The notes beneath the pieces are model-generated. The model was not told the DNA's origin, did no database searches, and worked only from the letters and a program-made list of their open reading frames with translations. From the NCBI GenBank assembly GCA_040954595.2, contig CM082596.2, forward strand, positions 780,736 through 844,735: DNA of 64,000 bases, written 5' to 3'. Shown here in pieces: positions 40,746 through 55,431 of this stretch (the stretch's first letter is position 1; each line of letters begins with the position of its first letter). The DNA comes from Balanoglossus misakiensis. Lineage: Eukaryota > Animalia > Hemichordata. The position numbers were made by a program, and so were the translations under genes.

Positions 40746-43700
40746 AAACTGTCCAAACTATGAGCTAGGGTAAATGTAAGTTACAAGGAAAGCTCTAGGT
40801 TTCCTGGAATAGATTTAGTATGTGACCCCCATCCCCCAGGATTCAGTCAAATTACCTCAATGCAAATTGTTGTTTTTAAATAAAATGTACTTCAGGTATG
40901 TTTTCAACAGAGTGACCTGTTTTCCAGTCAAGCAACACAAACTGTGAATTGAAAAAAGAAACTCCCCAAGCTTCTGTTTATTAATAATACAATAATATTT
41001 AAAATTCTCCTATAAAATGTATTTTAATTTACTGCAAACCATATATGTACAGTAATGCTAAACAGCAGTGCATGTTGGAAACTATCCATTGAAAAAAGCT
41101 ATCAGCAGGATGTATTTATGACCTCATTATTATCATCTTTGAAATATATATCATAGTAATATTGTCCCTATGATGTCGCTGCATATATATACTCGAAACT
41201 CTATGTCTGTTATGATCACAGGTGTAAAATGTAATAGTCCTATAATCACCTTGTGGAAATAATCAGAAAATTAAAATCACTGAGTTTGTAAAGATATTAA
41301 TTTCTATGCCAAAAATTGTGTAATCATAAAACTTTGCTGACAAACCATTCTTTCCTTTTCTGATTTATTTAAATCCGTGAATAAATTTATATGTATATAT
41401 CAACCAGAGTATAGTACCGTGAAGTACAGTGAGGTCCATGTTAGTTTCAGATTTTCCATGCAAGTCTTTTGTGTGATGTAAACACAACCATGTTTAGTCT
41501 ATTACGCTATTGAAAGTGAGCTAAAATGCAGGAAAATATATTGACTTAATGTACTTAAAGCTTTGAGTTGGGACCAACAGCTGTTATAGATGTATATTAG
41601 TTTGCAGCACAGATATACAATTTGTAGAGAGTGGAGAGCATCCATGATGTTGGTTGGAAAGTTCTTATATAGTAGCCACAATGTCGAGGTCCAATTTTAA
41701 TATTATTCACTATGTACATATATATGTAATTACAAATGCAAACTGTCCGTCAGTTTTTTATGTAAGTAGCAGAGAAACTCTCTGACGAAGAAACCAATCG
41801 GCAAAATATTCCATTGCATCATTTTCATGACTTGAGGGAAAATAAAGATAATTAATCTGCAAAAGCATCTTCATGACGTTTCAGGTCACGGACCTTACGT
41901 ATCATATTCTGGGTATATTAATATGTCCTGTGGAACTAGTGAGTAATCATGTGTACAGAAACTGATGAAAGGATGGGAAAGAGCCATAAACACTTCCTGT
42001 GGGCTTTCCTTCATATATGGGAAAAAATACGACTCCTCAAATCCCAAGCAGTAATATGTTTTATTAAATTTCTTATTAAACTGAACAGCCGTCGAGTAAA
42101 TAGGTGTAATATCAAAACATCATTAACACTGATGGAATCTAAATCATTGATAACACAAGTATGGTGGATTTTCATTCAATTTTGAATTTCCTATCGTTTT
42201 CAATTATGGAAGGATTTTCATAATGATAAATTGATCATTTTTTCTGAATAAAAATAAGTACAGAAATTATGAGGAAATTATCTATGATTATGATAAATGA
42301 AGTAGATATTTCTCTGTGAATTTTTGTAAATAAAATGTACTATAGACAGACATATGTGGGGAGGTATTAGGGGGCAACAAACTTTACTGTTTCCAATTTA
42401 TGTGTTTTTCTGGTAGCAGACATTGAAGTACTTGAAATAGTGTAGGATTCACATTAACAGTAGCTAGGTGGCCTGTAAATTTTCTCTGGAAGGCTAGAGG
42501 GTTTTGCATCTTTACCCATCTAGCAATGGTAATGCTAGTGTGTGTTTTGGTGAAAAGTTACTTTGACTTGAGTTGCAAAGATGCGTCAAACACTACATGT
42601 ATGCCCACTTTATTTTCAGGACGTATTGCTCCTTTGTGAAATATTTCCCAGTCCTGTGATATTCTCAGTTATCTGTATACCTATCGGCGAGATACTGTAA
42701 ATTTTTTATTCAGTTGATGCGATGTGTTTGAAAACCTTGTCTTTAACGAGATGGCATGATGTCATATCCCTGCTATTTTAGTGCATGGAATAAAATTGTA
42801 TAGGACAGCCGTTGAAAGACTACAAAATTTCTATCTATGAAGTTAGTAGAGAAACAATAAAAGGTACTAGTTTAAAAATACTTGTTATTCAGAATTCAAC
42901 CACCTGGTGTTCTGTTTTATAGTTTATAAGGAAAATGAGATTACTTATGCATGTTTTTCTCTTAGTAATTCTGACCTTATGGCCAAGGTGGTTAAAAATT
43001 TAAAAACATCAGTAGTTCTATAATGTTAATCACAGTCCTGTGTTGTGTCCACATAAATCTGTGAAAGTTACGAGACAATACGCTCCCAAGGAAGAAAAGT
43101 ATATTGTTTTAAATAATAATAATTCTCTCTAAACTTTTTTTCTTTTTCACCAGTATTAAACTCAAAACAATAAGACAAGTTTTCTGGAAAAATTTACTGA
43201 CTGACTGATCATTCCTGTGAAAAGCAGTAGAGAACCTGAAAGTATCTATAGGCACACCTTTAGGTTAATTCTAAAATTAGAACAAAATCAGCAGTTTTCA
43301 CACGATTATCTTGTCTGCATGCCATATGTGAATTTTATACCTCAGAAAGCTCAAAGGAGCAATAGGTGATTTCCTGTTTCTGCTAAAAATAATACCGACC
43401 TTGTCAGCTTAAAACTCGGATGAAAATTTTGAGACAAATTTTAGGTTTCATATTACTGTGTAAAATGAGCTGTTCTTTGCAAAAAAAACGCACTGATATT
43501 GTCATTGACTAGGAAGTTATAGAGTTTTGTTTCAATTCATGAATTAATTGTTGAGGGACATTCTTCCTAGAAATACATTTGGTTAGAGTCCAACTGAATG
43601 ATACTTCCCAGGGCCACACAAATGCATCTGCAAAGACTTCAGAAGGCATTCAGCCATGTAGCATGACCTCCAAAGTGAAAATTTGCATTTCAGTATAATA

Positions 43701-44420
43701 CCATAATAAATGATTCATAACTTTGGCATAAAACAAACAGAAAGGGAGATGCATGTAATGAGAAACATAAAATACAATCTCACGGTAGTCATATATTATG
43801 AATGGTGTACACCTAAAAAGTGCTGGTATATTCTCTAGAGGGTATGGCATCATGAAAATAATTATTAGACAATCTCAAAGCAAGAAGACACAGATATGCA
43901 GTTTGAACAGTCAAAGTATTAGCATTACTGTAAATAAATTGTAAGGATTTTTGTAAATGAGTACAGATATGAAAAAAAACATCACAATCCCAAGGCGTCA
44001 TAGACATGTTTTCTTTAGGGAAATTTTACACATGAAGAATGATGTTATTTTCTTCCTGTCGTGGATAATGCCTCATCATTTTTTGATGTATGATCAGTGC
44101 CAACGTCAAACTATATGATGGTTATGATGAGTACATCCCAAAGGTCATTTACCCCAGTGCAATGACAGTTTCGAGAACCAATGATGAAAGATAGTTAAAC
44201 AGCAAAGGTGTAAAAAACAACACCTTAGATGAATGTACTTCCTGTAGAACAGTGATCCTTTATGGTTCAAGATGTCTTTCCTTTATGTCTTGGATGACTT
44301 TATCTCAGTTATGAGCATTCCTGAGACAGTGAGTGGCAGTCTCTTAGGAGATGTATGGATTGTTTTGCCTGTTATTTTCTTGTTGTCTGTTGGGACTGCA
44401 TGATGGATGATCAGCCTGGG

Positions 44421-44733
44421 TAATGGGTGTTTGCAAACTGGCTGAATTATCATTTGTGATGGCTCAGATGAGTCAGCATTTGGATAAGAAATTTTGAAAA
44501 GTTTTGCTTGACGGTTTCATAGTTTGAAGATGGCACAATAAGGTTGTTGTCAAGGGCAAACATTTTCAACATTCTTGAAGAGTGAAGTGTTGTGTTTGTG
44601 GCAAATTCCTCCAAGGTTTCTTTGTCAATTTTGTTTTGTAATTTGAATACTTGTAGCATAATCACTTCATGTGCAAATGCTGACTCATCCAAGCCATCAC
44701 AATTGATAATTCAGCCAATATGTAAACACATTA
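44421..44733. repeat. Long inverted repeat (arms about 60 bp, spacer about 190 bp), MITE-like or hairpin-forming
   Basis: 44439-44482 matches the reverse complement of 44674-44717 at 41 of 44 positions, and similarity extends outward to 44421/44733. Confidence 0.85.
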
Positions 44734-45571
44734 GAACGTATGCCATAGGTGCATCTCTTTACCTTTGGCAAGAGTCAGTTTTCTCTCAGTCGTCGCAGTT
44801 GGATTGCAGAAATTAAGACACCATAATGGAAATTTAAGTGTATTACCCATGAGTAATGCAACATAAAATTCTGCAGGTGTTCAGCATTGCCGTGTTTTGA
44901 GTGACTTTTTTATATAGCTACAAGAAGTAATTCTGTAATGATGCAATTTAATGGAAAAGAAAATGGGATTTAAGGCAGAATGATTTATTAAGTTGGGCTT
45001 GGGAATGCTGTATTTCTGCACTGAAACAGGTGAACACAACATTGCTAAACATTTGCTAGTTGCCTGTATGGACTCTTGAAATGTAGCAAAAATGTCAAAT
45101 ATTGAATATTTTACCGGATGCTCATGTTTCATTTTAATATTTCTGGTCAATATTTGAAACAGATGGGGCTGAGTTTTAGGGAAAATTTGGTTAACGTTTC
45201 TTGTGGTTTCCTGTAAATATAAGAGGTATACGTACATGTAGCAGTGCATTTATTTAAATTAATGGAATGTGTTACATGCAAATGCTGTATATGTCATTCC
45301 ATGTGCGGGTAAAGGCTTTAGTTTTGACCGTAAAACTAAATTGGTTTTCACAACAACACATTTCACTGTGACAAACACATATGACAGTATATTGAATTAT
45401 ATCGTCTCCATCAAGGTGGCAAATTGTAGACTTGTTTCAACACAAAGTTAGACTTAGAGATTGGCATAGACATAGATTGAAAGAGTCACACTAATAAAAA
45501 GTACATCATTTCTGATATTTTCGACGAAATTACTGCATAATCAACCCCTACAGAATAGCATTTTTGACCTC

Positions 45572-45648
45572 AAAAGCTCCTTGAATATCATTGTAAAAAC
45601 TCCCAGAAAGTCCTTGAATTTTGAATGATCTTGAGCTTATGAACCCTG
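45572..45648. mobile_element. Terminal fragment of a hAT-like non-autonomous element
   Basis: Subterminal repeated tccttgaa motifs ending in tatgaaccctg (reverse complement CAGGGTTCATA), a hAT-style terminus. No partner end was found. Confidence 0.4.
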
Positions 45649-48600
45649 CAGTGTTTGCTACTTGTACTTGAACTTGGAAATCAGCATGTTTGTTAAGGTG
45701 TCATTTGTGACAAAGTACTGTGTCCATGACATTGTAGCCATAACAGATCTACATTCAAATCAGTGAATGTTATATTGAATACTTAATCAAGAGCGAGTGT
45801 TTTTCTGATTGATATATTGACGCCCTGTGCCTGCAATTTAGTTTCAGAAGTCCATTTCAGAAATGATGCATTAATAATGGCTATTTCAAGAGAAAAAAGA
45901 CCAATATTAAAACTTGACAATACCGCATCAGAAACACTAACAAAGATAATAATGTATGCCAATGGCAAAGAGTGGAAATACATGTATTGTGCGTAACATG
46001 GAAGCTAACTGACAAATTCAGATGCTGCAAATGCAGGTTTCCCAAGGACAGCTGAATATCCAGTACCTGCAGGATTAAATGCATGCATCTCCAGGGATCG
46101 AGTACAACCTGGCTGTGATCACTTCTAGATAGAAACGTACTTAAAAACAAATTAATGTTCTATGACGTCAAAAGTGTGGATGCTGTTTGTTTAAGAACAG
46201 CTCCAACGATTCATCTTGAATCAAATCCCCTTAATTTGGCAATAAAATACATGATCTTAAGACGCTTTTCTCCCAAGTGTCCATATGTGTTGTACCAGAT
46301 CCTCGAATAATCTGACCTACATGTGCTTTGGGAGAACATTCCATTGCATTGCTGCAACCTCCTTTGGCCTTTTAACATACAGTACCTGCCTGTTTTGTGC
46401 AGTACGCAGAATCTCACTATGGCTGACCCATCATACTCGATGGATATTCTGTGTGACTGAAATATCCTGTTTTGGCTCGATGCTACATGCGTAGATCATT
46501 TACATAATTTCATACAAATTTTATAAGTTATTGATAGTTTTATTTCATGGGGTTGTTCTTTAATCCATAGAAATTGCTATACCATGGTGTTTTACATAAT
46601 CAATGACAGAAGTTTTATCGTAAGGTTATATACAAATCTATCCATGACTGGTTTAATCCTCTGTATGCAAAGAATTGGACTCACTTACAGTTTGTCAATA
46701 CACCATTCACGGAGCACAGCCCTGTCCATATATGGACATATTTATTTTGTGTGTGCATTTGTATTATAGGCAATACTTCTGTTTTATAACATAAAATCCT
46801 GAAAAACAGTTTTCATCATCAATAAGACCTCTGTTTTTATGACTTAGATCCTGAAAGCTGACCTCCATTCCTTAATTTCTGTCTTCCCAGAGCCAAAAGC
46901 AATTTCTGACATGTCAATTATCACCACCTTTCCATGTTAGCCATGCAAAAGTAACACTGTAACAGGCTTGAATACAAATTTAAAAGTGGTAGCTAGTGAT
47001 GTGATATATACCATGCACATTATCAAAGGTAGTAAATGTTTTATGTGTTTGGAACTGCTTTCTTCCTGTTTCAAATTTCGCTGAATATATCTGCATTGGG
47101 GGCATTGTAGTCAAGTTTGTGCATTTTAAATGTGTGTTTTTTTCAATGAATGGTTAGTCAAGCATTAGAATTTGAAGATGTTTAGTCTCAACATTTACCA
47201 TATCCCACATGAATATACCGTTGCGGGTATTATGTTAAAATTGTCATGACAACAAATAATCCATTACGATGGATTTCATGGACTATTTTATTGTGAACAA
47301 ATAAAATAATAAATTTGATCAAGCTGCTGTGGTGGAATGAAAATTGCTTCCATTGTGAGTGTAATTGCCTCTAGTATCTGGTCATTCTCCAGATTTAATT
47401 GCATCTACTGAATGAAGATCTTATATCTATTGAAGCCTTTGCCTTATTTACATAATATTCCAGGCAAAATCTTAAGTATTATATGAGCTATTTTTCATTA
47501 ACATAATTTTAATACTGAGTGATCATGCCAAAAAGGAGAGTTGGGCAATTTTCAAAAAAAGGATTAAGAGCTCCCATAGATCTATGTATCTGTTTGGCCT
47601 TTTGATTATTTGTGTCAAAAATGTGCCCCTACACTGATTATCATTTGAACCAATTTTTTGTGGGTAATAGAAAAATGAAGGAATCATCTTTGGTATACAA
47701 GGATCATAGTCTGTGTGCCACATTTTATTCCAGAGTGGGCCTGTGTTATTGAACAATCTCATATTGAATAGCTGTCAGGCACATCAAGTGATGGGATGTA
47801 TCTTCTTTTTGTATAATGTCTTTGTTTTGCATGCAAGTTGCAGATTTAAAATTTAGGGTGATCACAGCAAGATACGACATTTTACACAACATTAGGTATC
47901 TAGAAATCGTCTTGAGTTGCAAGAGCCTGCAAATCTCTCAGTGAGACAATTCATGATCTGAATTAAATTTGCTCATATGCATACACTGACAGGCCTTGGC
48001 ATTCTCTCATAATATGCTGTCAGTCTGTCAGTAAAAGTATCAAAAACCACCATGGTCACTTTTCTGAAAAGTCTGAAAGTATTTTACTTGTAAACTTAGA
48101 TCGAGCTGCAATACCTAGTAGCTAGTTTATTGATCATGAGTTCTCTAATCAGGAAATGCAATGTTGTACACTGTGAGTAATTTTGAGATCTTAATAATTC
48201 ATACTTGCCATGATCTTACAAATCACTCTGTCATTTTGTGGGTGTTTGTCATTCATTTCTTGTTAGTGAGAGAAAATTTCCAATCTCTGATATGTTGCGA
48301 CATGTACATACAGTGAATCTGTCAATTGTTTTTGGATATTGATTTTTAAAAATTAATGATACTACATTTTCTACAAGGTTGTAAAGGTTGTCTGGCATTT
48401 TTTCGATGTGGTAGACTTAAGGGATAAAGTCACTTTTACATTTATTGTTGTTTTATTTTGATAGGCTATTTTATATTTTTCTACTCTGAAACATTCCACA
48501 TATGCATGTTTGTTTATAAGTAAATATACATTGCCTATCAGGTAGAAAGCACATGTATCAACGTGTGATATTTTAAAATATGTTTTTTCCAATTATGATT

Positions 48601-50102
48601 TCCTCCTACACTCCATCACGTTAGGACAGGAAATATAATAATTTGGTCTGATGTGTGCGTGCCGTGTTAGGGATTCATGAATCAAAACCTGTGGTGTATA
48701 TTAATACCTATATCTGTAAAATGTATGTTCTACACATATGACAACTGTTTGTTTTCAGTCTATAAGCAAGATTCGATGGTTGTGACATTAAGTAACTTTA
48801 CTAAAATGTGTAAGTACAAAATAGATTTTAACTGACAGCTCGGTTAACATTGTAAAATTTATGTCAAGCAGAGTAATTTTGTGAGCTTGGTTTAATGCCA
48901 ATTTTGGCATGTATATGCTTCAGTTAAAGTTATACTTCCTGTGGTATTTGATTAGGAAAGCACACACTGCTCTCTGTAGGAAATAAGAAATTGGTAAAAT
49001 TGAAATAAAAAATGTAATAAAAATGTCACAGACCAGTTGACAGGTATCAATTTATATAAAACCAATAAGTGCAAGTTAAAATTAGGGATATCTCAAAAAT
49101 AGAGAAAAATTCAACAGAAAGTGTTTCCAGATATATGCCAAAATGTGTTGAGGTCAGGATGTATCTTAGTATTTTTTTAGCTTTCATGGGACATGCATCA
49201 TTTGACTTCATTTGTCATTGTTAAATTCAGTATGGCTCTTTCATACAGTTCAAAACTTGATCATATTTTATTTTTGAGATGTGCCTTAAGGTGCCTGTCA
49301 GTGAAAATCACATGATTTATTTCTATATAGTGTTGTATCATAATTTACTGTATACCTCAGGTGGCACTTCTCATAGAATTGTAATACTTCTAATTGGAGT
49401 ACTAAGTTCCTATTTCAAAGTGAATTAGAAGTAATGAAACAAAGTTTCAATGAGAGAGACGGATGAAATCTACAGATCGTTTTGCAGAACTGTTTGAACT
49501 TGTCACATCCTGCACTAAACTTGAAAGTTTCTAGCAAACAAGAATAATGAAGATGTGTCTTAAAATATAGTTATTGTCATATTGCTGAAAAGGGAACTGT
49601 TTTCTATAACATTATGCACACAAACCACGTTTCATATGCAATATTTAGTAAACTCTAGCTTTGAGTTTGCAGTGGATTGCAGGAGCAGTGTGACATCATG
49701 TTTATTTGATCCTAATATGCAGACTATGTAAATGACCTGTACCATCTAAGCCATCTACTTTTTAAGAGGGGTCATGACCTCAGTATTCTGGTACATCTCA
49801 GACATATCCCCTGTGTGTGATTGAGCAGTTGATGCATATGTAATTAGTCGAGGGACATCTCATCCTTCAGTAATGACCTGCTGTCACAACAAGGATACAA
49901 ATTGGGACAGCACCCCATAGGGGCAGTAAAATCCTTGTAACTTGTCCTGTTATTACCTTAGAAAATTATTGTTGTTATTATTATAATTAGTAGTAGTATT
50001 AAGTAGTATCAGTAAAAGAATTGGTCTAAGAATGCCATATCCAGCAGTTATCAGCTGTACTATTCCTTTAAATATAACTTCACTTCGCAAAACCTCTGAG
50101 AT

Positions 50103-50294
50103 CAGGGATATAGAATGTTTGAGTTACAGGTGGTAAAAATTATAATAAGACATTTACAAGTAGCATGTTGACACATTATATGTGCGCAAATAATGTCCTT
50201 GCTTTTTTTTCATTGTAGAGATAATTTTCACAGCCGGCAAACTTTCTGACGGCTGGTTGCCTTTGCCGATTGCCGCCTATTTTCCACATCCCTG
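50103..50294. mobile_element. 192-bp MITE with CAGGGAT terminal inverted repeats and an apparent 5-bp target-site duplication GAGAT
   Basis: Left end cagggatatagaa; the reverse complement of the right end is cagggatgtggaa. GAGAT immediately flanks both sides (50098-50102 and 50295-50299). Confidence 0.6.
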
Positions 50295-52473
50295 GAGATT
50301 TGCGGCTCTTTAAACCATGTTCAAATGCACTTTAAGGGTCAGTAACAGTGGTGGTGATCATGTCAATTTGTGTTCTGAGACTTGACGATGACTAAGTCTG
50401 GCATAAAAATTACCGAGTCAAATAAAAAGAGTCAGAACTCATCAAAGTTCTTGCAGGATAGAACACTACGTACTATCACCATGGCAATAGTTGCTTGAAG
50501 TTTTAGAGAGGTTGATATATGCTCCCATTTGATGGTAATTGTGTAGTAAAAGTTCCATATTACAATCATTACACAAGGTTTGTGTGCATGTTATGGACAT
50601 GTGACTGTGTTTAGTGAGCATAATTGCTGTATAGGATCTATTACTTGCTCAAATAGCTTTCCTTGAAGTACATTCACAGGGCAAACAAAGTACCTCAAAA
50701 GTAGCCTCAGTGACGGAGGATATGTATGGCTTTCTACTAGTCAGTTGCTAGGAAGATGATGAGATGAAATATTGTGTTAATGAGGGATTAGGGTCGAAGG
50801 CTAAATATAGCAGTCTGCTCTTCAGAATGTGGTGGATATTATATTTTGGGGTTTAAACATTTGCTTTACACATTTAAGTTCTGACATTATTAGTGTGAGT
50901 TATATCTAATTATTTTTGTGAAACTAGAAAGATAACACAAGATGCAGTACCGTGTCACTGTCAGTTGTTTGAACCAATCCTGGCCTATATGTGACAGTCT
51001 GCTCCCATTTATCATTTTTGCTGGGTAAACTAGGAGTTGGAAGTATTTATAGTATCAAAGATCTTATTTTAAAATAGGTAAACCATTCATTATGATGTCT
51101 GTAAACATGGACATGTGATTAATTTGTATCCAAACTGATATGCACAAAACAGTCCTGTCCAGACTGTTGTGACAGTTGGGCCACACCTGCAATCACGTTA
51201 ATTCATCCCATTATATGAGCTCATTGTCAAGTATTTAATTGAATTAATGATACAGGGCATAATTTATTGTGGGGGAAGTGAAACAAGAGAATCTCTGTTA
51301 ATCTCAGTTAAGCGTTAAAAGTATGAGCCAAGTGGTAGTGAGATCTTTCCAGAACAACTGAATGGTTATAAACACTGGATGAAATCCAGAATCAGGGTTG
51401 ACTGCATAAGGATGTCAGTATGACCTGTACTGTCATTCAGACTTCGTCCAAAATGTAAAACTGTTGCAAAGTAAAGCTTAACTCAAGGAAAATACAGTAT
51501 TCAGAACACCAGATGTTAAAATTTATTTAATGTTTGCTAACTGGCACAGTGCCACAAAGTGAGAACTGCTAATGAAGTCCGACATAAAACAGGCCCTTTT
51601 CCAAGAAAACTCTCTAGGGAGAATTCTCGAATCAAACAAATAACAATCTTTTAAGTCAATGCAATTTACCAGTTGCACTCTATTGATCCACAAACAATAT
51701 CTTGTCAGGAGATTGAACCAAGGACAATTATCTCTGAACGGTAATGCAATCACCGTTTTTGTGCACACACAATTTTGGAATTTGAGAAGATATCGGTTTG
51801 CCATACTTACTAAATGGGTTTTAGAGGTTCATTTGTAAGCAGGAGTGAGAAAGGTTATTTGATTGCTTGCAAAGTCAATTATTTTTTTGGTGTTTTGTAA
51901 GCTTAGCAATTATTTATTCCACTTCTGGCATTGAATTTGAAATAGTTGTGGTCTTTTTTCATGGGCTATGTGTGTGCGCGCATACTGTTATGTCTGCATC
52001 TGTCATCTAGGCTAGGAACCTTACAAGCATTCCTGCCATGGGTTAATTTTATCAAAAACTCAATAGTCTGGTTAGTGATGAGACTGAAATATGTTACATA
52101 AGCCAATCTCAATAGTACATGCCAGCAAAAGTGTAATGATCAATAATATCTTGTGTAAAGGAAAGTTAAGCAACTCTATTGATTATTTTTAATAGGTTTC
52201 ATTAAAAACAAGTGCCTAATGCACTCCCCTGCTGCTTGCTTATAAAATTTAACAACAATTGGAGCATTATTGATTGAAATCAAACTGGCAACTGTTCTGT
52301 GTCAATACACTGTGTATGGATTCATGTATGGTGGTGTTTACAACAAATCTTCATTGTGATCTCAAAACCGAAAGATATGTAGGTACCAATCGAGTCACAC
52401 AGACAACTGAAAAGGCCAATTTTCCCATCTTTCTGTCACCTCATTGGAAACCATCGGACAATAAATAGGTCCA

Positions 52474-52518
52474 TTAACCTTTTCACCACCATGGTTCAGT
52501 CCAAACCAATTGTTTTCT
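52474..52518 (+). mobile_element. piggyBac-like MITE fragment (left end)
   Basis: TTAA followed by ccttttcaccacc, then the core atggttcagtccaaac.(c/a)attgttttct shared with 57412-57439. Confidence 0.55.
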
Positions 52519-55261
52519 CATATTTTGAGATCCACCATTTTGTTGATTTGAATAGCTTTTTGCATTCGATTGAATCTGTCATTAAAGCGAACTGTTTGTT
52601 TAAAAAAGAAGCCACTTTATTACATAAATACAGTAAAGAAACTGTTTTGATTTCTAGTTTACAGGGTTACAGCTGCAACTAAAACAGCCGTCCACAAAAC
52701 TAATATTATCAGGGTTTCTAAAATAAACCCTCTGTAATTGCAATTAATGACCATAAATGTTGCTTGTTATCAAATAGATGCACTATTCGCCTATGAATGA
52801 TTCAGATCAAAATTGGAGTCCTGTGTCATTGTTGCTAGTTTCCTTCTTCAGTAAGATACTTTTAGTGTTTGACAACATCATGTGGGGTTTAAAATCACAG
52901 AATTCTTCCCTGGTTCTCTTCTCTAGACTCAATTAAGACAATGTCCAGATGATTAAAGGTATTTTTACTTCTTATGTTTCAAAAGAGCTCAAACATTTAA
53001 CATGGAAAAGGTCAGGTTTTTCAAGCCGTTCCACCCATTATTTCTCGGAATACGACATCGTCCACTTTTGCCCTCAAGCTGTTCCATTTCTGAACCTGTG
53101 TTCAGATTACCATCCTCAGCAATGACATAAAAGCTTACGTGAGCAGTTTCCATATTCCTACAACCCAAACCTTTCCAATTAGTCATTTTGAGCAATCAGA
53201 CCCACTGACAAACACTTCTATTAGTCTACAAGGATGACATCCAGGCAGACTGAAGTGGATAGCTGAACAATTTTACAAAATAAACTTTCACATTAGATCT
53301 CTAATAGTCGTAACCTTTGATCTTGTAGCATTTTGTTTGCATATACGAACTAATCATGTTCTGGTGCCATTAATATATCTCATAACAGTAGTTTTCAAGC
53401 TGTGTCAACATTTTACAAGCAGATTTGTACAGAATGTCCCATATGCTTGCAAGGGTTTGTGTCATTAAAGTCTTGTAATATGTAGATATAATGAACCAGT
53501 ACAGTGACTGTGTATATTCTGGTTTTTAGAATGATGCTTATAGGAAAAATTATGCTAAAAATTCCCAAGTTTTATATTGGTCATTTTAATTAGCCATGCA
53601 GTAATGCAATGCTGCTATCATAGCCAGATCGAACAGTGTATGATTGGCTATGCATGCAAACTTTCATCCAGGCACTCAATATTCCTTAAGTGTAGACATC
53701 ATGCAGACCCAAGAACTAAATGCATAATGCCACAAGCCTCACATATCCTTTTGGCGAAGCAATTGTCACAAGTCTAACATTTTTTCTTGACTTTGAATGC
53801 TTGTGATATCAATCAGCTGTAGAAATGAAAAAACTGGACGCTTAAAATCATTTTGTCTGCAACGAAAAAAGTACAATCCTTGCAGAAATTAAAAATTTAG
53901 TTATATCAATATTTAATCCTTTGTATACTTTCAGTTTCTCCACCCTTGTCCTAAGGGCCTTTTTCTATATAGTCTACTCTGAAGCTTTCTCTGCATAAAT
54001 AAGCATTGGTCTGTCTGTCTTGAAAGCCAGATGGGCTCTATTTATATACATCTCAGTGGCAGTTTGAAACCTCAGGGGTATGAGCTGAGGTGAATCTGGA
54101 CGGTCTGGCATTTATATGAATAGGATTTTGCATATGTTATCTGGAAAAAAGATTTCCTCTGATTTGTTCAAGATGTTAGATGCTTTTTGTTGCAAAGTTT
54201 TCCTGCTCTCTGTACTAGAAAAAGAGTGCATATTTCAAACAATCAACTTGCTGATGGTGTTGTGGGGTGTGTTTGTTTATACCGCAGCTGAATTTTCAGC
54301 GATAAAATTTTATTATTTTTTGTCAAATGAAAGCCTGCAAGATACAATCAATGAGGGTATGATGAATAATGTATCTAATCAGGCAAGCAGTGGCTACCAA
54401 CCCTTAAGGGACTATAAGTCTCAACTTTATACGTATCAGAATGAAAAACTGGAAATAGAATCAAAAGTCGTACACATCCATAATCCTGAAATTGCCACGA
54501 CAAGATCAAATGATTCTCATGTGTACCAATCGACAAGGGAACAAGCAGTGGTGTTGGTATTTTTGGTATAAACACAATGCTATACTTAGGGGAAGTCAGG
54601 CTTAGCTGACTTTGAAGTATAACATAAAGCAGAGTTGAAACTATTCTTGGTGTTAGTAATGAAAGTGGCCAAACAAAACTGCCGATAAGTTGCTAAGCGG
54701 TTTTACCAGACTGTTTTTGACTTCACATCACCATGCAAATCTCTGTTGAATTCTTCCTGAGTTCACTAGCCAAGTCTGCGAGATCATTTGCGAGTGGATG
54801 ATTGCCAAAGAACTGCAAAATCTTTTATTGATGACCATCACCCAAGCTGCCCGCGAGGTATCACAAAGGGTTTCATGCAAACAAGGGAGAAAAGAGAGAG
54901 ATTTTATCCGACTTGAGTGGGCATGACAGCTGTGTGTTTCTGCTGTCACCTGAGGTATTCTACCTGAATTTCTTCTGGCAATCTGCATTTGAAAACTCTG
55001 CCCAAATCCTTCAGTTTGACACAAGACAGTGGATGGCTTGTGGCCAGACAGGTTTATGCGTAAAGAAAAAATACTTTTGACCAAAGTTGGGACTTTCTTG
55101 TATGCTCCTGGAATGCCTTAGAAAATTGACTGAACTTCTATCATGTGTAGCTTGACTCAAAACCATTTGTATTCCTGAAAAAGTAGCTATGATTCTTCTT
55201 TTATTTAGCATCAGAACTACATTCGCATGGATGTAGTTGGCTAATTATCAGCAGGGAATAC

Positions 55262-55431
55262 TTTGCCATGGTAATGACAAAGATTGTGCTGCCTAGGAAA
55301 ATCACAAAAATTCGACATCTTTGCATTTGTATCTGTATGGTATGTTGCTATGGTGTCAGCATTGGTCTAAGTCCACGCACAAATGAAGCTGTATTCATCG
55401 TCAGTTTTTCAATATCTGTTGCCATGGATAT
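55262..55431. promoter_or_regulatory. Cluster of four RFX X-box-like motifs
   Basis: TTTGCCATGGTAAT 55262-55275; GCTGCCTAGGAAAA 55288-55301; GTTGCTATGGTGTC 55344-55357; GTTGCCATGGATAT 55418-55431. Confidence 0.4.

Noticed and set aside
54116-55084. 151-aa and 118-aa ORFs in the KCNH intron
   Set aside because: No channel, PAS or transposase motifs; consistent with chance ORFs.
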